NCBI RefSeq assembly: GCF_004010195.1
Contig: NC_057718.1
Location: 56,410,009 to 56,444,694, forward strand
Source: Chiloscyllium plagiosum
Lineage: Eukaryota
Length of the DNA stretch: 34,686 bases
Direction of reading: 5' to 3'
A model generated the notes under the pieces. That model was given only the letters and a program-made list of their open reading frames with translations. It did not search any database and was not told the origin of the DNA. Position 1 is the first letter of the stretch. Each line of letters opens with the position of its first letter. A program made the translations under genes and the position numbers. Shown in pieces: positions 1-11,964 of this stretch.

Positions 1-180
1 CCCCACCCTCCTCTAGCTTATCTCTCCATGCTTCAGGCTCTCTGCCTTTATTCCTGATGAAGGGCTTTTGCCCGAAACGTCGATTTTGCCTGTCCTCGGA
101 TGCTGCCTGAATTGCTGTGCTCTTCCAGCACCACTGACCAGAATCTGGTTTCCAGCATCTGCAGTCATTGTTTTTACCTC
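1..180 (+). mobile_element. Penelope-like element 3' terminal repeat (pLTR), family A; extends beyond the left edge
   Basis: Nearly identical to 26113-26250; same family as the tails of the GIY-YIG-encoding copies at 11841-11962 and 16369-16496. Confidence 0.85.
50..85 (+). ncRNA. Minimal type I hammerhead ribozyme motif, intact core
   Basis: CTGATGA(54-60)-A-GGGC-TTTT-GCCC-GAAA-C-GTC(81); ACGT palindrome as stem III; short stem I (tc/ga). Confidence 0.75.
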
Positions 181-442
181 ATTCAGAGAAGGGCCAATAC
201 ATGTCTCTGGGGCTCCAGGCCAGACCACCAATCTGTTATAGACCAGATCAGACGCTCTTAAAATGTTTTATGAAGGGAGCCCAGACCCTAACGTTTTTAA
301 TTTTTTTAAGCAGATGTATGGTGGATATTCCAGGAGTGATGCACCTGGTCAAACCATTGAGCTTTAAACAAAACAGAATTTATTTAAATACTACAGATGA
401 AGCATGAACAAAAGGAACCAGAATTTAGAATAATTTAACTTA

Positions 443-787
443 TTTATAGAGGTGTATAAGATGATTAGGGGTTTAGATAGGGTCGACAGTGAGAATCTTT
501 TTCCACGTATGGAGTCAGCTATTACAAGGGGGCATAGATTTAAATTAAGGGGGGGGGGGGGTTAGGTATAGGACAGATGTTAGGGGTAAGTTCTTTACTC
601 AGTGAGTCGTGAGTTCATGGAATGCCCTGTCAGTAGCAGTGGTGGACTCTCCCTCATTATGGGCATTTAAGCGGGCATTGGATAGGCATATGGAGGATAG
701 TGGGCTAGTGTAGGTTAGGTGGGCTTGGATCGGCGCAACATCGAGGGCCGAAGGGCCTGTACTGCGCTGTATTCTTCTATGTTCTAT
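443..787 (+). mobile_element. CR1 (HER1-like) LINE 3' end, 5'-truncated
   Basis: RT C-terminal IEVYKMIRGLDRVD...TRGH motif; tail gggccgaagggcctgtactgcgctgta-ttctatgttctat; possible TAACTT target-site duplication (436-441/787-792). Confidence 0.85.
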
Positions 788-1171
788 AACTTGTAATGGC
801 TTTAATTCCCTCCCAAGTTGTTGCCTCTGGTGGATTACAAGGATACATCCTTGATCTCATATTCTCATCTACCTGCTGTCTCCATATGACATCACCAGAA
901 AGCAGAGTATTAGTTTTCAAACATATGGTTACAAAACACCCTTCTAATTCATCCTTCTTTGAGCGAGTTGAGATAAAGTTTAAGATCACCAAAGTTGAGT
1001 GAGGAAGGCTGTGAATATAACTTGAAAAGTAATATCCTATGGTATTTGGGTTAGTGGCAGATAGAAGGGACTTAGGAAAAGGGTGGAACAAGATGAAATT
1101 CAAAAAGAAGGAATACATGCCAGTGAATTGGAGCAAACAAGGAGTAATTTACTGCTAAGAGCCACATGATG

Positions 1172-1430
1172 TCTGGACAGAAACATAAATAGCTGGAAAA
1201 TCTCAGCAGGTCTAGCAACATCTGTGGAGAGAAGTCAGAGTTAACGTTTCAGGTCCAGTAACCCTTCTCCAGAGCAGTTCTGAAGAAGGCTCGATTCTGA
1301 AGAAGCGTCACTGAACCTGAAACATTAACTTTGATTTCTCTCCACAGATACTGCCAGATCTGCTGAAATTTCCCAGCTGTTTCTATTTTGGTTTCAGATT
1401 TCCAGTATCCACAGTTCTTTTGGTCTTTTA
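1172..1430. mobile_element. ORF-less inverted pair of Penelope-like pLTRs (family B), each arm with a hammerhead-like core
   Basis: 1172-1272 is the approximate reverse complement of 1297-1400. Cores are CTGGAGA..GAAACGTT (minus, 1241-1272) and CTGAAGA..GAAACATT (plus, 1297-1326). Confidence 0.75.
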
Positions 1431-1724
1431 ATGTCTAGAGAAGGTGGATAGTAGATGGGATGGGCAGACAGAGAGGGTTCATCGCTCCTTAGCCAGGTTT
1501 CTGTCAAAGCCATGGCATTAACTCAATCATCCATAGTAGACTCATTGGTTAAGTGGCAGATTCTGGGTTGGGCCTGGGACTCAGAGTGCATGGTCTGTCA
1601 TTCCGGAAACTAAGTGGGTGCATCCAATGGCACTGGTTGTGGCCTCGGGCACTCTGGGGGGGTTTGTTCTTCATCTGATCAGGCCTTCGTGTTGAGTCTC
1701 CACATGGTCCTTAATGTCTTAGTG

Positions 1725-3350
1725 TCTACCGCCCAGTGGCCCTGACATCCATCATTGTGAAGTGCTTCAGAGTTAGTAATGGCACTCATCAACTCCAGCC
1801 TTCCAGATTGGCTTGATCCGCTACAATTCAACTATCATCACAACAGGTCCACAGCAGACGCGATCTCCCTGGCCCTACACTCATCCCTGGAACACCTGGA
1901 TAACAAGGACACAGCGGCATGGTAACTCAGTGGTTAGCACTGCTGCCTCACAGCACCAAGGACCCAGGTTCGATTCCAGCCTCGGGTGACTGTCTGTGTG
2001 GAGTTTGCACATTCTCCCCGTGTCTGCGTGGGTTTCCTCCGGGTGCTCCGGTTTCCTCCCACAGTCCAAAGATGTGCGGGCCAGGTGAATTGGCCATGCT
2101 AAATTGCCCTTGGTGTTAGATGCATTAGTTGGAGGGAAATGGGTCTGGTTGGGTTACTCTTCGGAGAGTCAGTGTGGACTGGTTGGGCCGAAGGGCCTGT
2201 TTCCACACTGTAGGGAATCTAATCTGTAGGGAATCTAGTCTAATCTGAAATATCAGACTCCTATTAATTTATTTTAGCTCTGTCTTCAACACCATAATTC
2301 CAACAAAACTTATCACTAATCTCTGTGACCTAGGACTCTGCTTCCCCCTCTGCAACTGGATCCTTGACTCCCTGACCTGCAGACCACGATCTCTAAGGAT
2401 GGTTAAAAACACCACCTCCACAATAAAGCTCAACACTGGTGCCCCATAAGGCTGTGTACTCAGCCCCTTACTATACTCCTTATGCACTCGCAACTTTGTG
2501 GCCAAATTCAGCTCTAACTCCATTTACAAATTTGCTGATGACACCACTGCAGTGGGTCGGATCTCAAACGATGATGAGACAGAGTTCACAAAGGAGATAT
2601 ACAGCTTAGGGCATTGTGTAAAGACAACAATATTGCCTTCAATGTCAGAAAAACGAAAGAGCTGGTCATCAACTTCAAGAAACAGTGTGGAGGATACAAT
2701 CCTGTCTGTATCAACGGTGCGGAGGTGTAGGTGCTTGGGAGCTTCAATTCCTAAAAGTAAATATCAATGATCTATCCTGGTCCATCCAAGTCAATGCTAC
2801 AGCCAAGAAAGTACACCAATGCCTCTACATCCTCAGAAGGCTAAGGAAATTTGGCATGTCCACAATGATTCTTACCAAATTTTATAGATGCACTATGGAA
2901 AGTATCCTATCAGGATGCATTACAGCTTGGTATAGTAAATCTCTACCCAAGCCAGTAAGAAATTAGTGTTGTGAAAGCAGCCCAGCACATCACAAAAGCC
3001 AGCCTTCCTTCCATTGACTCTGCCTACACTTCCCGCTGTCTCCAAAAAGCAGTCAACATAATCGAAGACCCCTTCCACCTTGGTTATACTCTCTTCTACC
3101 TTCTTTCATTGGACAGAAGATGCAAGTTTGAAAACACAGTTTCTTCCTGCTTTTATCAGACTTATGAATTGACCTCTCACTTATTAGAGTTGATCTTTCT
3201 CTGCACCTTCTCTGTAACACTATATTCTGCATTATGTTCTACTACCCTAATGAACTTATGTAAGGTATGATTTGTCTGGTTAGCATACAACACCATACGT
3301 TTTACTATCTCAGTACATGTGATAGCAATAAATCAAACCAAAATCAAACC
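1725..3350 (+). mobile_element. Rex1/Babar-type LINE, 5'-truncated and frameshifted RT region plus 3' tail; interrupted by a SINE
   Basis: [52 protein letters not shown]...FYRCTMESILSGCITAWY; aataaatcaaaccaaaatcaaa tail. Confidence 0.85.
1914..2246 (+). mobile_element. tRNA-derived V-SINE (HE1-like), full length
   Basis: A box TAACTCAGTGG; B box GGTTCGATTCC (1967-1977); V-domain tctccccgtgtctgcgtgggtttcctccgggtgctccggtttcctccca; CR1-like tail ending in (aatct)n. Confidence 0.9.
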
Positions 3351-3949
3351 ACTGATGGCAAGAGCCTTGTTCACAAGTGAACAAACACTCTTAAGGAATA
3401 TTTGGTCAGAGTTTATCCATTGACAGGATCCACAGGGTCAGCAATGAAAGGAATAAGTTGGACAAAGAATAGATTGGCTAGAGAGCAACTACAGGGCAAA
3501 CTGTGCAGGAGGATGGCTGACTGAATTGGATATGACAATATACCTCAATGAGGCCTTTAGAAGGTGCCAGGAAAGGCACTGTAGAAAGTTGTGGGCTTAT
3601 CAAGGAGACAGTCAAGTCTGGAATAGCAGCAGAAGATTACAAAGCTTCTGGAACATTACATTCCGCATTTGTGTTCTTATTACCCTGATGAACTTATATA
3701 AGATATGATTTGTCTGGTTAGCACATAACACAATACATTTTACTATCTTGGTACATATGACAGCAATTAACCAAATCAAAGTCAAACCAATGACGGCAAT
3801 AGCCTTGTATTTACTGCTGTAATTTTAGGAGGGATGTGGGAAGGTAGAGCACTCAAATGGAAAAAATAAAAGAGTCATGACAGGAGGGATAGAAACAGAA
3901 AATTAATTGAATAAGAGGTAATTAAGGCTAGCAAGTCTGTCAAAAAAGA

Positions 3950-4810
3950 GCTATCCAGCATAATTCCATTTTCCAGCTCGTGGTTCACATCCCTATAGGT
4001 TAAAGTTGATCAAATGCAGACCAAAATGTTTTTAAAATGTGATGACAGTTTCTGCCTTCAACAAGCTTTCAGACAGTGTGCCATATCCCAACATCCTCTT
4101 TGCCAAAATAAATATCTAATTTCTCCTTTAATTCTTTGCCAGTTACTTTAAATCTATGCCAACAAAGGGAAATGGCTTATTTGTATCTAATCTATCCAGG
4201 CCTTTCAATTTTATGTACTTCAATTAAAATGCCTTCTTTCCTTCCTCTGGTCCAAACAGAAATCTATCCAATCTCTTCTGATAGCTAAAATTCTCCATTT
4301 TTGACAATCTCCTCTGTATCTCTTTCGTGTCAACATTCACCCTGTAACCCAGTAACCAAAACAGAGCTCCTGCTATGCTCTGACTAGTGTTCCTTTCTTT
4401 CACAGTTTCTCCATGATCTGCCTGTTCTTATACTTATGCTTTAGTAAATTCTTAACTACCTTATTTACCTATCCTGTCACCATCAATATCTGTGGACATG
4501 AACTGAAGTCTCATCTAAGCTCCCTTTATTCCTCTACACTCCTCAGTATTCAACCAGACAACGTGTACTCCTTTGCTTTGTGTACCTTGCCCAAATACGT
4601 AACCTCACTCTTATACATATTTGAATTATATTTGCTGCTTACCTACCCATCCTACCAATGCACCAATATCTTTTTATCGTCTACAACTATCTTCCTTATC
4701 AATCACTCAGCTAAGTTCTGTATCTGAGGTTTTTAAATCTAGGGGAAATGACTTAAACTCTGATTTATTCATCTCAATCACGAGAAACATGAGACTTAGT
4801 ACTGACCCCT
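3950..4810 (-). mobile_element. Old, degenerate CR1 LINE 3' region
   Basis: Antisense CR1 3'-end phrases; no intact ORF. Confidence 0.55.
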
Positions 4811-4820
4811 GCATTCATAC

Positions 4821-4928
4821 AATCCCTACAGTGTGGAAGTAAGCCATTCGGCCCATCGATCCAGACTGACCCTCTGAAGAACATCCCATCCAGACCCACC
4901 CTATCCCCGTAACCCTGCATTTCTCATG
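4821..4928 (-). mobile_element. HE1-like SINE 3' fragment
   Basis: Reverse complement of the SINE tail (gggccgaatggcttacttccacactgtagggatt). Confidence 0.75.
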
Positions 4929-6707
4929 ATATGTAGAGAGGAAAAAAATAACAGGAAGGAAGAAAAGTGCAAAAAGAACTGGTGGGCTCAAATGCAACTC
5001 AACAGGTCTGAACATGCATATTTAATTTTAGATCAAACTCCTTTAGGTTCCTTGTGGTCATTTTTATAATAAACTTACCAGAGCTTACTTCCATACATTT
5101 TATGTATAGTAACAATACAATGATCAGTTTCAATTAGAGATTACATAATTCAGGAGAAACTACTTTGTAGAAAAATGTACATGGTTTGTTGACTATTGTT
5201 TGCATTCATATTAAGTATAAGGATTATTGGGATCACTTAACATTTATCAGCACCAAGTCACACATGCATCTAATTTCATTTTACAAACTATCACTACATT
5301 TAAAAATAACTCACTGTATGTGAATCAGAGGAGTAATTATGGAAGCAACAAATGAGTTGCTGTGTAAAATCAAGATCTTTTGCATTAATAATGGGGTAAT
5401 GTCTTCAGGCAATAACATACATGCGAGACCATGGAATTTAATCAAAGCAGGCATTAACCTGAAAACAGACTGTGATTGAATTTTCACTAGTTAAGTTTAT
5501 CCTAGAGTTACACTAAAACTCTGTGACAAGCTTCACATAATTGAAGGAAGTGAGGTGTTCTGGAAAATTTAGATATAAATTTCAATCTTTCTAGTTTAAG
5601 CATTAGAATAGGAAAAAATACATATCAGGAATCCTCTCAAATGGCATTTGGCTAAATCTTTTGGACTGTGAATGATTTGAACAATTCTGGGCTTCAGGCA
5701 ATTTTCAGGTCTTGGCACAATGCACAGGAGTAGCAGATTTTCAGGCACAATATCGTGACCAATTAAGCACCCACCTCTGGGAACACCGTCCAAAAGGATA
5801 TGAGACAAGCTCTGAAGACAAAAGATGGATACACTGTGAACAATGTCAGCAACCATCACGAAAGACTGCTACTGAGACCCAGGAGGGGAGTAATGGAGAT
5901 ATCAATACTATCAAGACAGTAGCTGGTATAGCATCAGTCTTTGTACAAAAAGAGACATTAGTCCCTCAGGAGTTCCTTACACTGTGGCAAGCATCTGACA
6001 TGGAAATACATTGGCTTTGTCATTTCTTGTCGATAAATATCAAAAGGTCTCGAGACCTAATGTGCTTCTAATCTCCAACTGTGTAGTTATTTCCTCTTGA
6101 GGTGATGGGGTGCTGATATGGCACTGGGGTGACAGGGGGCTACACAGGCAGAATTGCTTTGTTGCAGAAAAAAAATGATAAAAGAATCCCTTAACTTCCT
6201 TAAATGGGTTGACTACCATAGACACATGGGTTGTTATCAGTAGTTCCAGCATGATCTGTCAGAAGTGGGAACTTAGTACACTGACCAAATGCTTACTTCC
6301 TTAAAATTCCCTGTACCCCATCTTCAGATCCATTTCAAGGAACTGAGGAAATTCCCATTTGAATGAAAATGATGGGTAACAAGCAGTTTATCCAATCAGT
6401 TGATTGTGGACTGACTTCAATCGTCACAATTACAGCAGAGCTATAACATATACAGAAGACAGACAGATAATACCAGAAAAGCAAAATTTAAGGGATGGTA
6501 TTTTAGAAAAATACGACTATGATTAAAAAGCTGACACATTACGTACATTCCAATGAATGTCAAAAAAAAACAAAAGAGAAGCACACCTTCAACAAAATAA
6601 AACTTTCCTGAAAATATATTCAGCATACTTTTTAAAACCTGTGATTAATTAAAATATTATTTATCGGGTATAATACTGACATGTATACAGAAGCATGCAA
6701 GACATAC

Positions 6708-6868
6708 CAAGAAATGCTCCAATATGTTGAGTGATACCTCCTGCTTCCATAGTAGCAACCTGGGTTTTCCTCAAACAGTCAAGTAACGTTGTTTTTCCAT
6801 GATCAACATGACCCATTATAGTAACCACTGGTGACCTGGGAACCAACATAACTGGATCTGAAGGTGGC
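6708..6868 (-). CDS. MTIF2: MTIF2 coding exon 4 (161 nt; [53 protein letters not shown]), start of the tr-type GTPase domain
   Basis: IF2 G1 P-loop GHVDHGKT and G2 GGITQHIGA; acceptor tttctcttttag|G (phase 2); donor CTT G|gtatgt (phase 1). Confidence 0.97.
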
Positions 6869-7044
6869 CTAAAAGAGAAATACATAATGAATTTCCCTTG
6901 GAAGGAAATGAAATCTCATGTTTCGTTAACCAATTTCTCAGCAGTTCTCATTCTGAAAAAATATCTTGAAAAATGAGAACATTCAATATTTTTCCCTCTG
7001 GTATAGGGCACAGACTTCCAGAAAGAATGATGATTTAGGTCACA

Positions 7045-7182
7045 CTCTGAAAGGGAGTTGCATTGGGCTTGAAATGTTAACTCTATTTCTTTTGTCATGG
7101 GCACTACCAGAACCATGGAGTTATTCCAGCATTTTTTTTTTATTTCTGATTTTCAGCATTTGCAGTTTTTTACTTTTAATTT
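7045..7182 (+). mobile_element. Strongly decayed solo Penelope pLTR (family B)
   Basis: Aligns by eye to 28427-28555 (ctga...gaaatgttaactct...ccagca...cagcatttgcagtt); hammerhead core degraded. Confidence 0.55.
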
Positions 7183-7660
7183 AGTTTGTAAATGGCAATG
7201 GAATACAGTTTGACTGCTGCTGATCGTTTGCAGCAACTTAGAACACTGAGTTTCTTGAAGCATTCCTTGTTCCAAATTAATAACATTTAGCATGGTAGTA
7301 GTACCAGACAACATGATTATGAGTGCCCTCAGTGTGAAGACAGGACTTTTGTTTTCAAAGAGACCTCATGGTAGCCACTTTTTACCATTACTGTCATGGA
7401 TAATATATTTGTGGCAGGCGGACTGGTCAAGACAGGATTAAATGGCTTTTCCCTTTGTTCGTTCTCTTGTCATTTGCCACAGGCTAAGTCTGGCAATTAT
7501 GTCATTCAGATCTCAGTGAACTCTGCATTCGTAGTGCTAACAAGTCACTCTGTGAGGGAGACCGATGGCCCTCAAATAAAGTACATTCTGTGTTATTTCA
7601 TATCTTCAGTGTTTCTCCCACCTGATCTTCATCATAGAGTGGGACTGCTTCTCCACCTGT

Positions 7661-8420
7661 GTGAAAGTTGAAAATCACACACCAGGTTATAGTCCAACAG
7701 GTTTATTTGGAAGCACTAGCTTACACAAACACATACACCCTCCACATCCCCTTTCACAGGCTTACACTCCATCACATTTACACATACACTTTTTCAAGCT
7801 TGCACACATGCAAACACACACTCTCTCACATGCACTCACATTCACATGCACACACTCACTGTCTCTCTTGCACTGCACACATATAAGTCTGTGGGGTGAA
7901 TTTGTATTTGCATATACATTCTATTTTGCTAAAAAAATGCACAATCTGCAGGCAGTCAATGCAGGGAGTGAATCCAATGTAACATTTTGTAAATCCCACT
8001 TTGGAAACAGCATCAGTCTGACTCAAAATTGGGATATAGACAGACTTTAACCTCACACCTTTAATGCATTGTCTTAGCTGAAATGTCACCTTTTTTTTAT
8101 AAAACCTTAAGTTATATCAAGAATGTGACATAAAAGAAGTTCTGGGATTTAGATATTAATAAACCGAAACCTGCAACCCATTCTAAAAGATGAAAGTGTT
8201 AACAACAATCTAGGTTTGTTCAATATATCATTTCAGTTGAACGACACTGTAATCTTTTGTTATAAATTCTGTGTTGTATGGCCTTGCTCGACAACTACCT
8301 GATGAAGGAGCAGTGCTCCAAAAGCTAGTGCTTTCAAATAAACCTGTTGGACAATAACCTGGTGTTGCATGATTTTTTTTAACCTCATCCACCCCAGTCC
8401 AACACTGGCTCCTCCACATA
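7661..8420 (+). mobile_element. Penelope-like element (family C): long 3' non-coding region with terminal repeat and an inverted partial terminal repeat at the 5' end
   Basis: 7661-7722 is the reverse complement of about 8322-8390 (aagctagtgctt.caaataaacctgttggac.ataacctggtgt); CA-rich tract 7723-7880; hammerhead-like core at 8299-8327. Confidence 0.7.
8296..8330 (+). ncRNA. Hammerhead-like motif with G12->A change (probably inactive)
   Basis: tac-CTGATGA-A-GGAGC-AGT-GCTCC-aAAA-GCTA-gtg; stem III palindrome AGCT; stem I tac/gtg. Confidence 0.55.
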
Positions 8421-8429
8421 CATGAATGT

Positions 8430-8800
8430 TGTATGTGGTAATCAGTAGGAAGCTTCTTTATCTTTGTTTGACCTAATTCCATGAGGATTGTATGATCTGA
8501 AATTAATGTTAAGAAGTACCAGGACCATTCCTGTCCGACCACTATGCTGGAATTGTTTGTCTTACCCAATGGAACAGGAACTCACACAGATGGCAATGTT
8601 GGAACCTGAGACATTGGCAGCAATGCATAATTCAGTTAATATGTATATGTCAGACTGTTGCTTAACTAGTTTGTGGGACAATATCCCATTACTTGGCCAA
8701 GAATTCAGATATTACTGAGAAGGAGTTTGTAGGATCAAGTGGGTCAGGTTCATTGCATCTGGTGCCTAGGCTGATGCTTGGTGGTCCTTCCAGCCTTATC
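8430..8800 (-). mobile_element. Degenerate LINE fragment (endonuclease region), same family as 20985-23220
   Basis: Similarity to 22950-23200 (e.g. tagtttgtgggaca...cc.attac); no intact ORF. Confidence 0.5.
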
Positions 8801-8966
8801 TGTATTAAATATTCCGAATGTGGTTAGATTTAATTTGCACAGAATAGATAGATGAAATGTTTCAATACAGCATGATTTTTTTCTGTGTAAATATATTGAT
8901 ATTTTACCAAGATATTAAGCATAACCATTCTAGTCTGATTATATGCAAATTAAACACATAACCTAC

Positions 8967-9138
8967 CTCCTCACCGCATCTTTATTTTCTTTCACTTTTT
9001 CTTCTGCAAGTTTTGCCCACTTAAATTTCATTCCAGATTTCTTTATAACCTCTTTAATCCATTTTTCATCTAAGAGCAAATCCTGTTCAATGGAGTCTAT
9101 GTCAATATTTGTGTGGAGTAGAGCCTCAAATACATGAT
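8967..9138 (-). CDS. MTIF2: MTIF2 coding exon 3 (172 nt; [58 protein letters not shown])
   Basis: Acceptor ttctgaatatag|AT (phase 1); donor AGG AG|gtaggt (phase 2). Strong resemblance to vertebrate MTIF2 (EALL.T.IDIDS...WIKEVI.K.GMK.KW...NKDAVRR). Confidence 0.95.
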
Positions 9139-10759
9139 CTATATTCAGAAAGAAATTATGACGTGAATATGTAACAGTAAGTGTAGAAAGAACAATGTCT
9201 TTTGGAAGAAGTAAGGCCACTTACCATATGGATTGATGTGGAAATTCAGAGTCCAATAGCAATCAGCTGTATATCAGTAGGATTTTAATTTGGGGTGACA
9301 TTGCCTAATTCATGGAAAGATTGCAGCAGATATGATCAAGGGTCAGAGGAGGTCGAGGTAAATTATTTAATTCTGCTTAAATGGTTTCCTTTTAGCCGGG
9401 AGAAAGAGGAATGTTCCTCTGGGTGTCTCAACCCCAGACTCCTCACCAACAATTGTTGTCATGTCAAAAGCTATCTTTAAGTAAATTGCGAGGAAATGTT
9501 TCCTAAAGTCTAAAGCAGTGGGACTGCAGCTGAAGGTATTACCACATCAGCACAACAGAATTTCAAATTAGGGCGAAGTTTAGAATTTCTAGGGCCTTAC
9601 CTAAATAGCTTCGCTGGGTTAAAAGAAACAGTTGATGGCTCGTACAAGACTAATTAGTGGCCAAAAAGTCTGACTGCACTAATAACAGAAGAGGGTTGGA
9701 GAGGAGGAGAGAGGAATCTTTGAGAGATTCTCAAGCTGAACATCCATTTTATCAATTGTAAACAGACCTATAGCAATAAAAGCAATACAATACTTTACAG
9801 CAAAACGCAGCACAATATCATTCCTCCTCAAAAAAAATGACACAAAATAAAATAAAACTGCATTCGGGATAGAGTTGTTTGATAATATTTATGGTGCCTT
9901 CTGCTTCACTGATAATTGTAGAAGGTGCTTAAAGCATACCTGTGGTGTCTGTTAACATCTGACCAGGAACAAAGTACATCAAAATATGCACACTTTATTA
10001 CTTCTTTCCCAGAGTCAAATTAGTAAGAAATGTATCCTAACAGAACATTACAAGGCTCCGTTTGAAATAAAGCCATCAGATAAACAAAATTAGACATAAG
10101 TTAATAGCAGCTGAACACTTTACTGACTTATACACCAGTGTTATATTTGCATCATTCAGACTGAGTAATTTGTCTTTATGAACCTGACTTTAACCCTGAA
10201 AGCATTGTAATGAAACAACAAATATATTAAAATTGGGGTAAATACTGTGTTTTGTCACTCATGCATCATTCTGTCCAAGAATAGTTAATCCATGGTGCTA
10301 TAAAACTGAATTCTAGGAGCTGCATAATCTATGATTTACTTGACTTACCTGTTTAACATTTGTTTGAAGTTTGTCAAAGTTATAATTAGCACATACTGTT
10401 TCCACTCTGTGCTTTCTATTTACTAAATAGGTCGACATATAGAAATTTATAACCTCAACCTCAGTTCCTCTGGGCTATCCGCAACAGTATAAAATCCCAA
10501 ACAATTGCAAGTACTACTTCAGAGAAAGTAACTGAAATCTGAAGAACTGTCAGCAACATCACAAGACTAAGCTGGCATAAGCATTCAGAAATTTCGACAG
10601 GCCAGGGATTTGTAAAATACTTGAGATGGTAGAAATGACTCAATGATTTCACAAAACACTGAACAAGAGTGACTCCTTACTGGCTTTGTTCCAATACATT
10701 CCATAAGCATATTATATTTAGTGTTTTGGCGGGTTTAACTACGTTTACTATATACTTAC

Positions 10760-10871
10760 CTATATCTTTATCCATTGCTTCTGCAAGTTCAGTGACAGTC
10801 ATCTTTTGCTTTATCTCCACTTCTTTTTTCACTTGCTTTTGCTTCTTTGGAGCAATCTTACACTTATCTTG
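10760..10871 (-). CDS. MTIF2: MTIF2 coding exon 2 (112 nt; QDKCKIAPKKQKQVKKEVEIKQKMTVTELAEAMDKDI)
   Basis: Acceptor ctctcattcaag|CAA; donor ATA G|gtaagt (phase 1). VEI..MTVTELAEAM is the IF2 N-terminal motif. Confidence 0.9.
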
Positions 10872-11444
10872 CTTGAATGAGAGAAACAGGAATTTACAAA
10901 AGAATAAATTTGTAAAAGTATGTACACACAATAAACCGGAGGATATCAATACTGCACTGGAGAGTCAGCCCCTCCATTTGATTATGGTTTCAAGTCTGGA
11001 AAATGAAAAATTACATCCTCAGCATGAGATAACTTCAAAAGAGGACAGAATATTTTAAAAATCAAGAATGTTTTGACTTGCCACCACCAAAATATAATAA
11101 CCATTGATGGCTGTGTTTTATATTTAAAACTATTGTCTCCGTGAGTAACTTTAAATATGAATGGAACCATTTATTGCTAATACTTTTGAGACCAAGCTGC
11201 AATCTAGTTATTTTGGGTCGTTCTGCTGTAACATATTTTGTTAACATGATTGATGACTTGGGAACATTGTTTCTAAAGTGCGAACTTTTAAAGTGTGTAT
11301 TAGTTATTATGCGATTCCAGCCCCATTAGATTAAATGGTGCTGCTATTACACGATTTTCTTATAAAGCAGCATTGCACAAGAATGGAACTACCATGTTAT
11401 CGCAGAACTGACATTACTTCAATACAATACCGAGAGTACACATA

Positions 11445-11840
11445 AACGAGGAGAAGTAGGCCACTCGACTCAAGTCAGTTCTGTCATTCAACAAAATCAT
11501 GGCTGATTGCTCCACATATGCACCCTTTCCTATTAAACTTTCAATCTCTTGCTCAATAAGAATCTATATTAACCTTAAAAATTTTCAAAGACTCTGCTTC
11601 TACTGCCTTTTGAAGTCAAGTTCCAAAGAGTTGAGATCCCCCCCACTCACGAAAAAGAAAATTTCCTCACCTATGTTTTAAGTGGAAATCTCCTTATTTT
11701 TTATAGTGACTGTGCTACATCTGGATTCCCCAAGGAGGACATATCTTTTCCACATGCGCACTATCAAAACCCCTCAGGATCTTATTAGTTTCAATCAAAG
11801 TGCCTCTTATTTTCAACTCCAGTAGATACAAATCAAGCCT
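11445..11840 (-). mobile_element. CR1 LINE 3' fragment
   Basis: LDLYLLELKIRGTLIETNKILRGFD resembles the CR1 RT C-terminus (LGLYSLE.RR.RGDLIETYKIL.G.D). Confidence 0.75.
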
Positions 11841-11931
11841 GGGAGAAAGTGAGAACTGCAGATGCTGGAGATCAGAGTTGAAAGGTGCTGGAAAACCACA
11901 GCAGGTCAGGCAATATCTGAGAACCAGGACA

Positions 11932-11964
11932 GTCAACATTTCGGGCATAAGCCCTTCATCAGGG

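Noticed and set aside
200..441. Possible LTR fragment (tgttatagaccagatcagac...)
   Set aside because: Looks repeat-like, but there is no partner LTR, PBS or internal domain to support it.
1914..1985. tRNA gene-like A/B boxes (also 15942, 26595, 24482)
   Set aside because: These are SINE heads continuous with SINE bodies; no complete cloverleaf.
3685..3691. CTGATGA hammerhead-like heptamer
   Set aside because: No stem II or GAAA follows; it lies in a LINE tail and the duplicate copy reads CTAATGA.
1..6707. Next MTIF2 exon (expected ITFLDTPGHAAF, G3 motif)
   Set aside because: Not found by eye or in the ORF track; presumably left of the window, so no coordinates are called.
7026..7050. C/D snoRNA-like ATGATGA...CTGA
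   Set aside because: Boxes are too close together, antisense to the host gene, and CTGA belongs to a decayed Penelope repeat.
10343..10422. Consensus minus-strand donor CAG|GTAAGT suggesting a cassette exon
   Set aside because: The flanking exons already join in frame; the candidate 74-nt exon has a weak acceptor and would frameshift; no supporting evidence.
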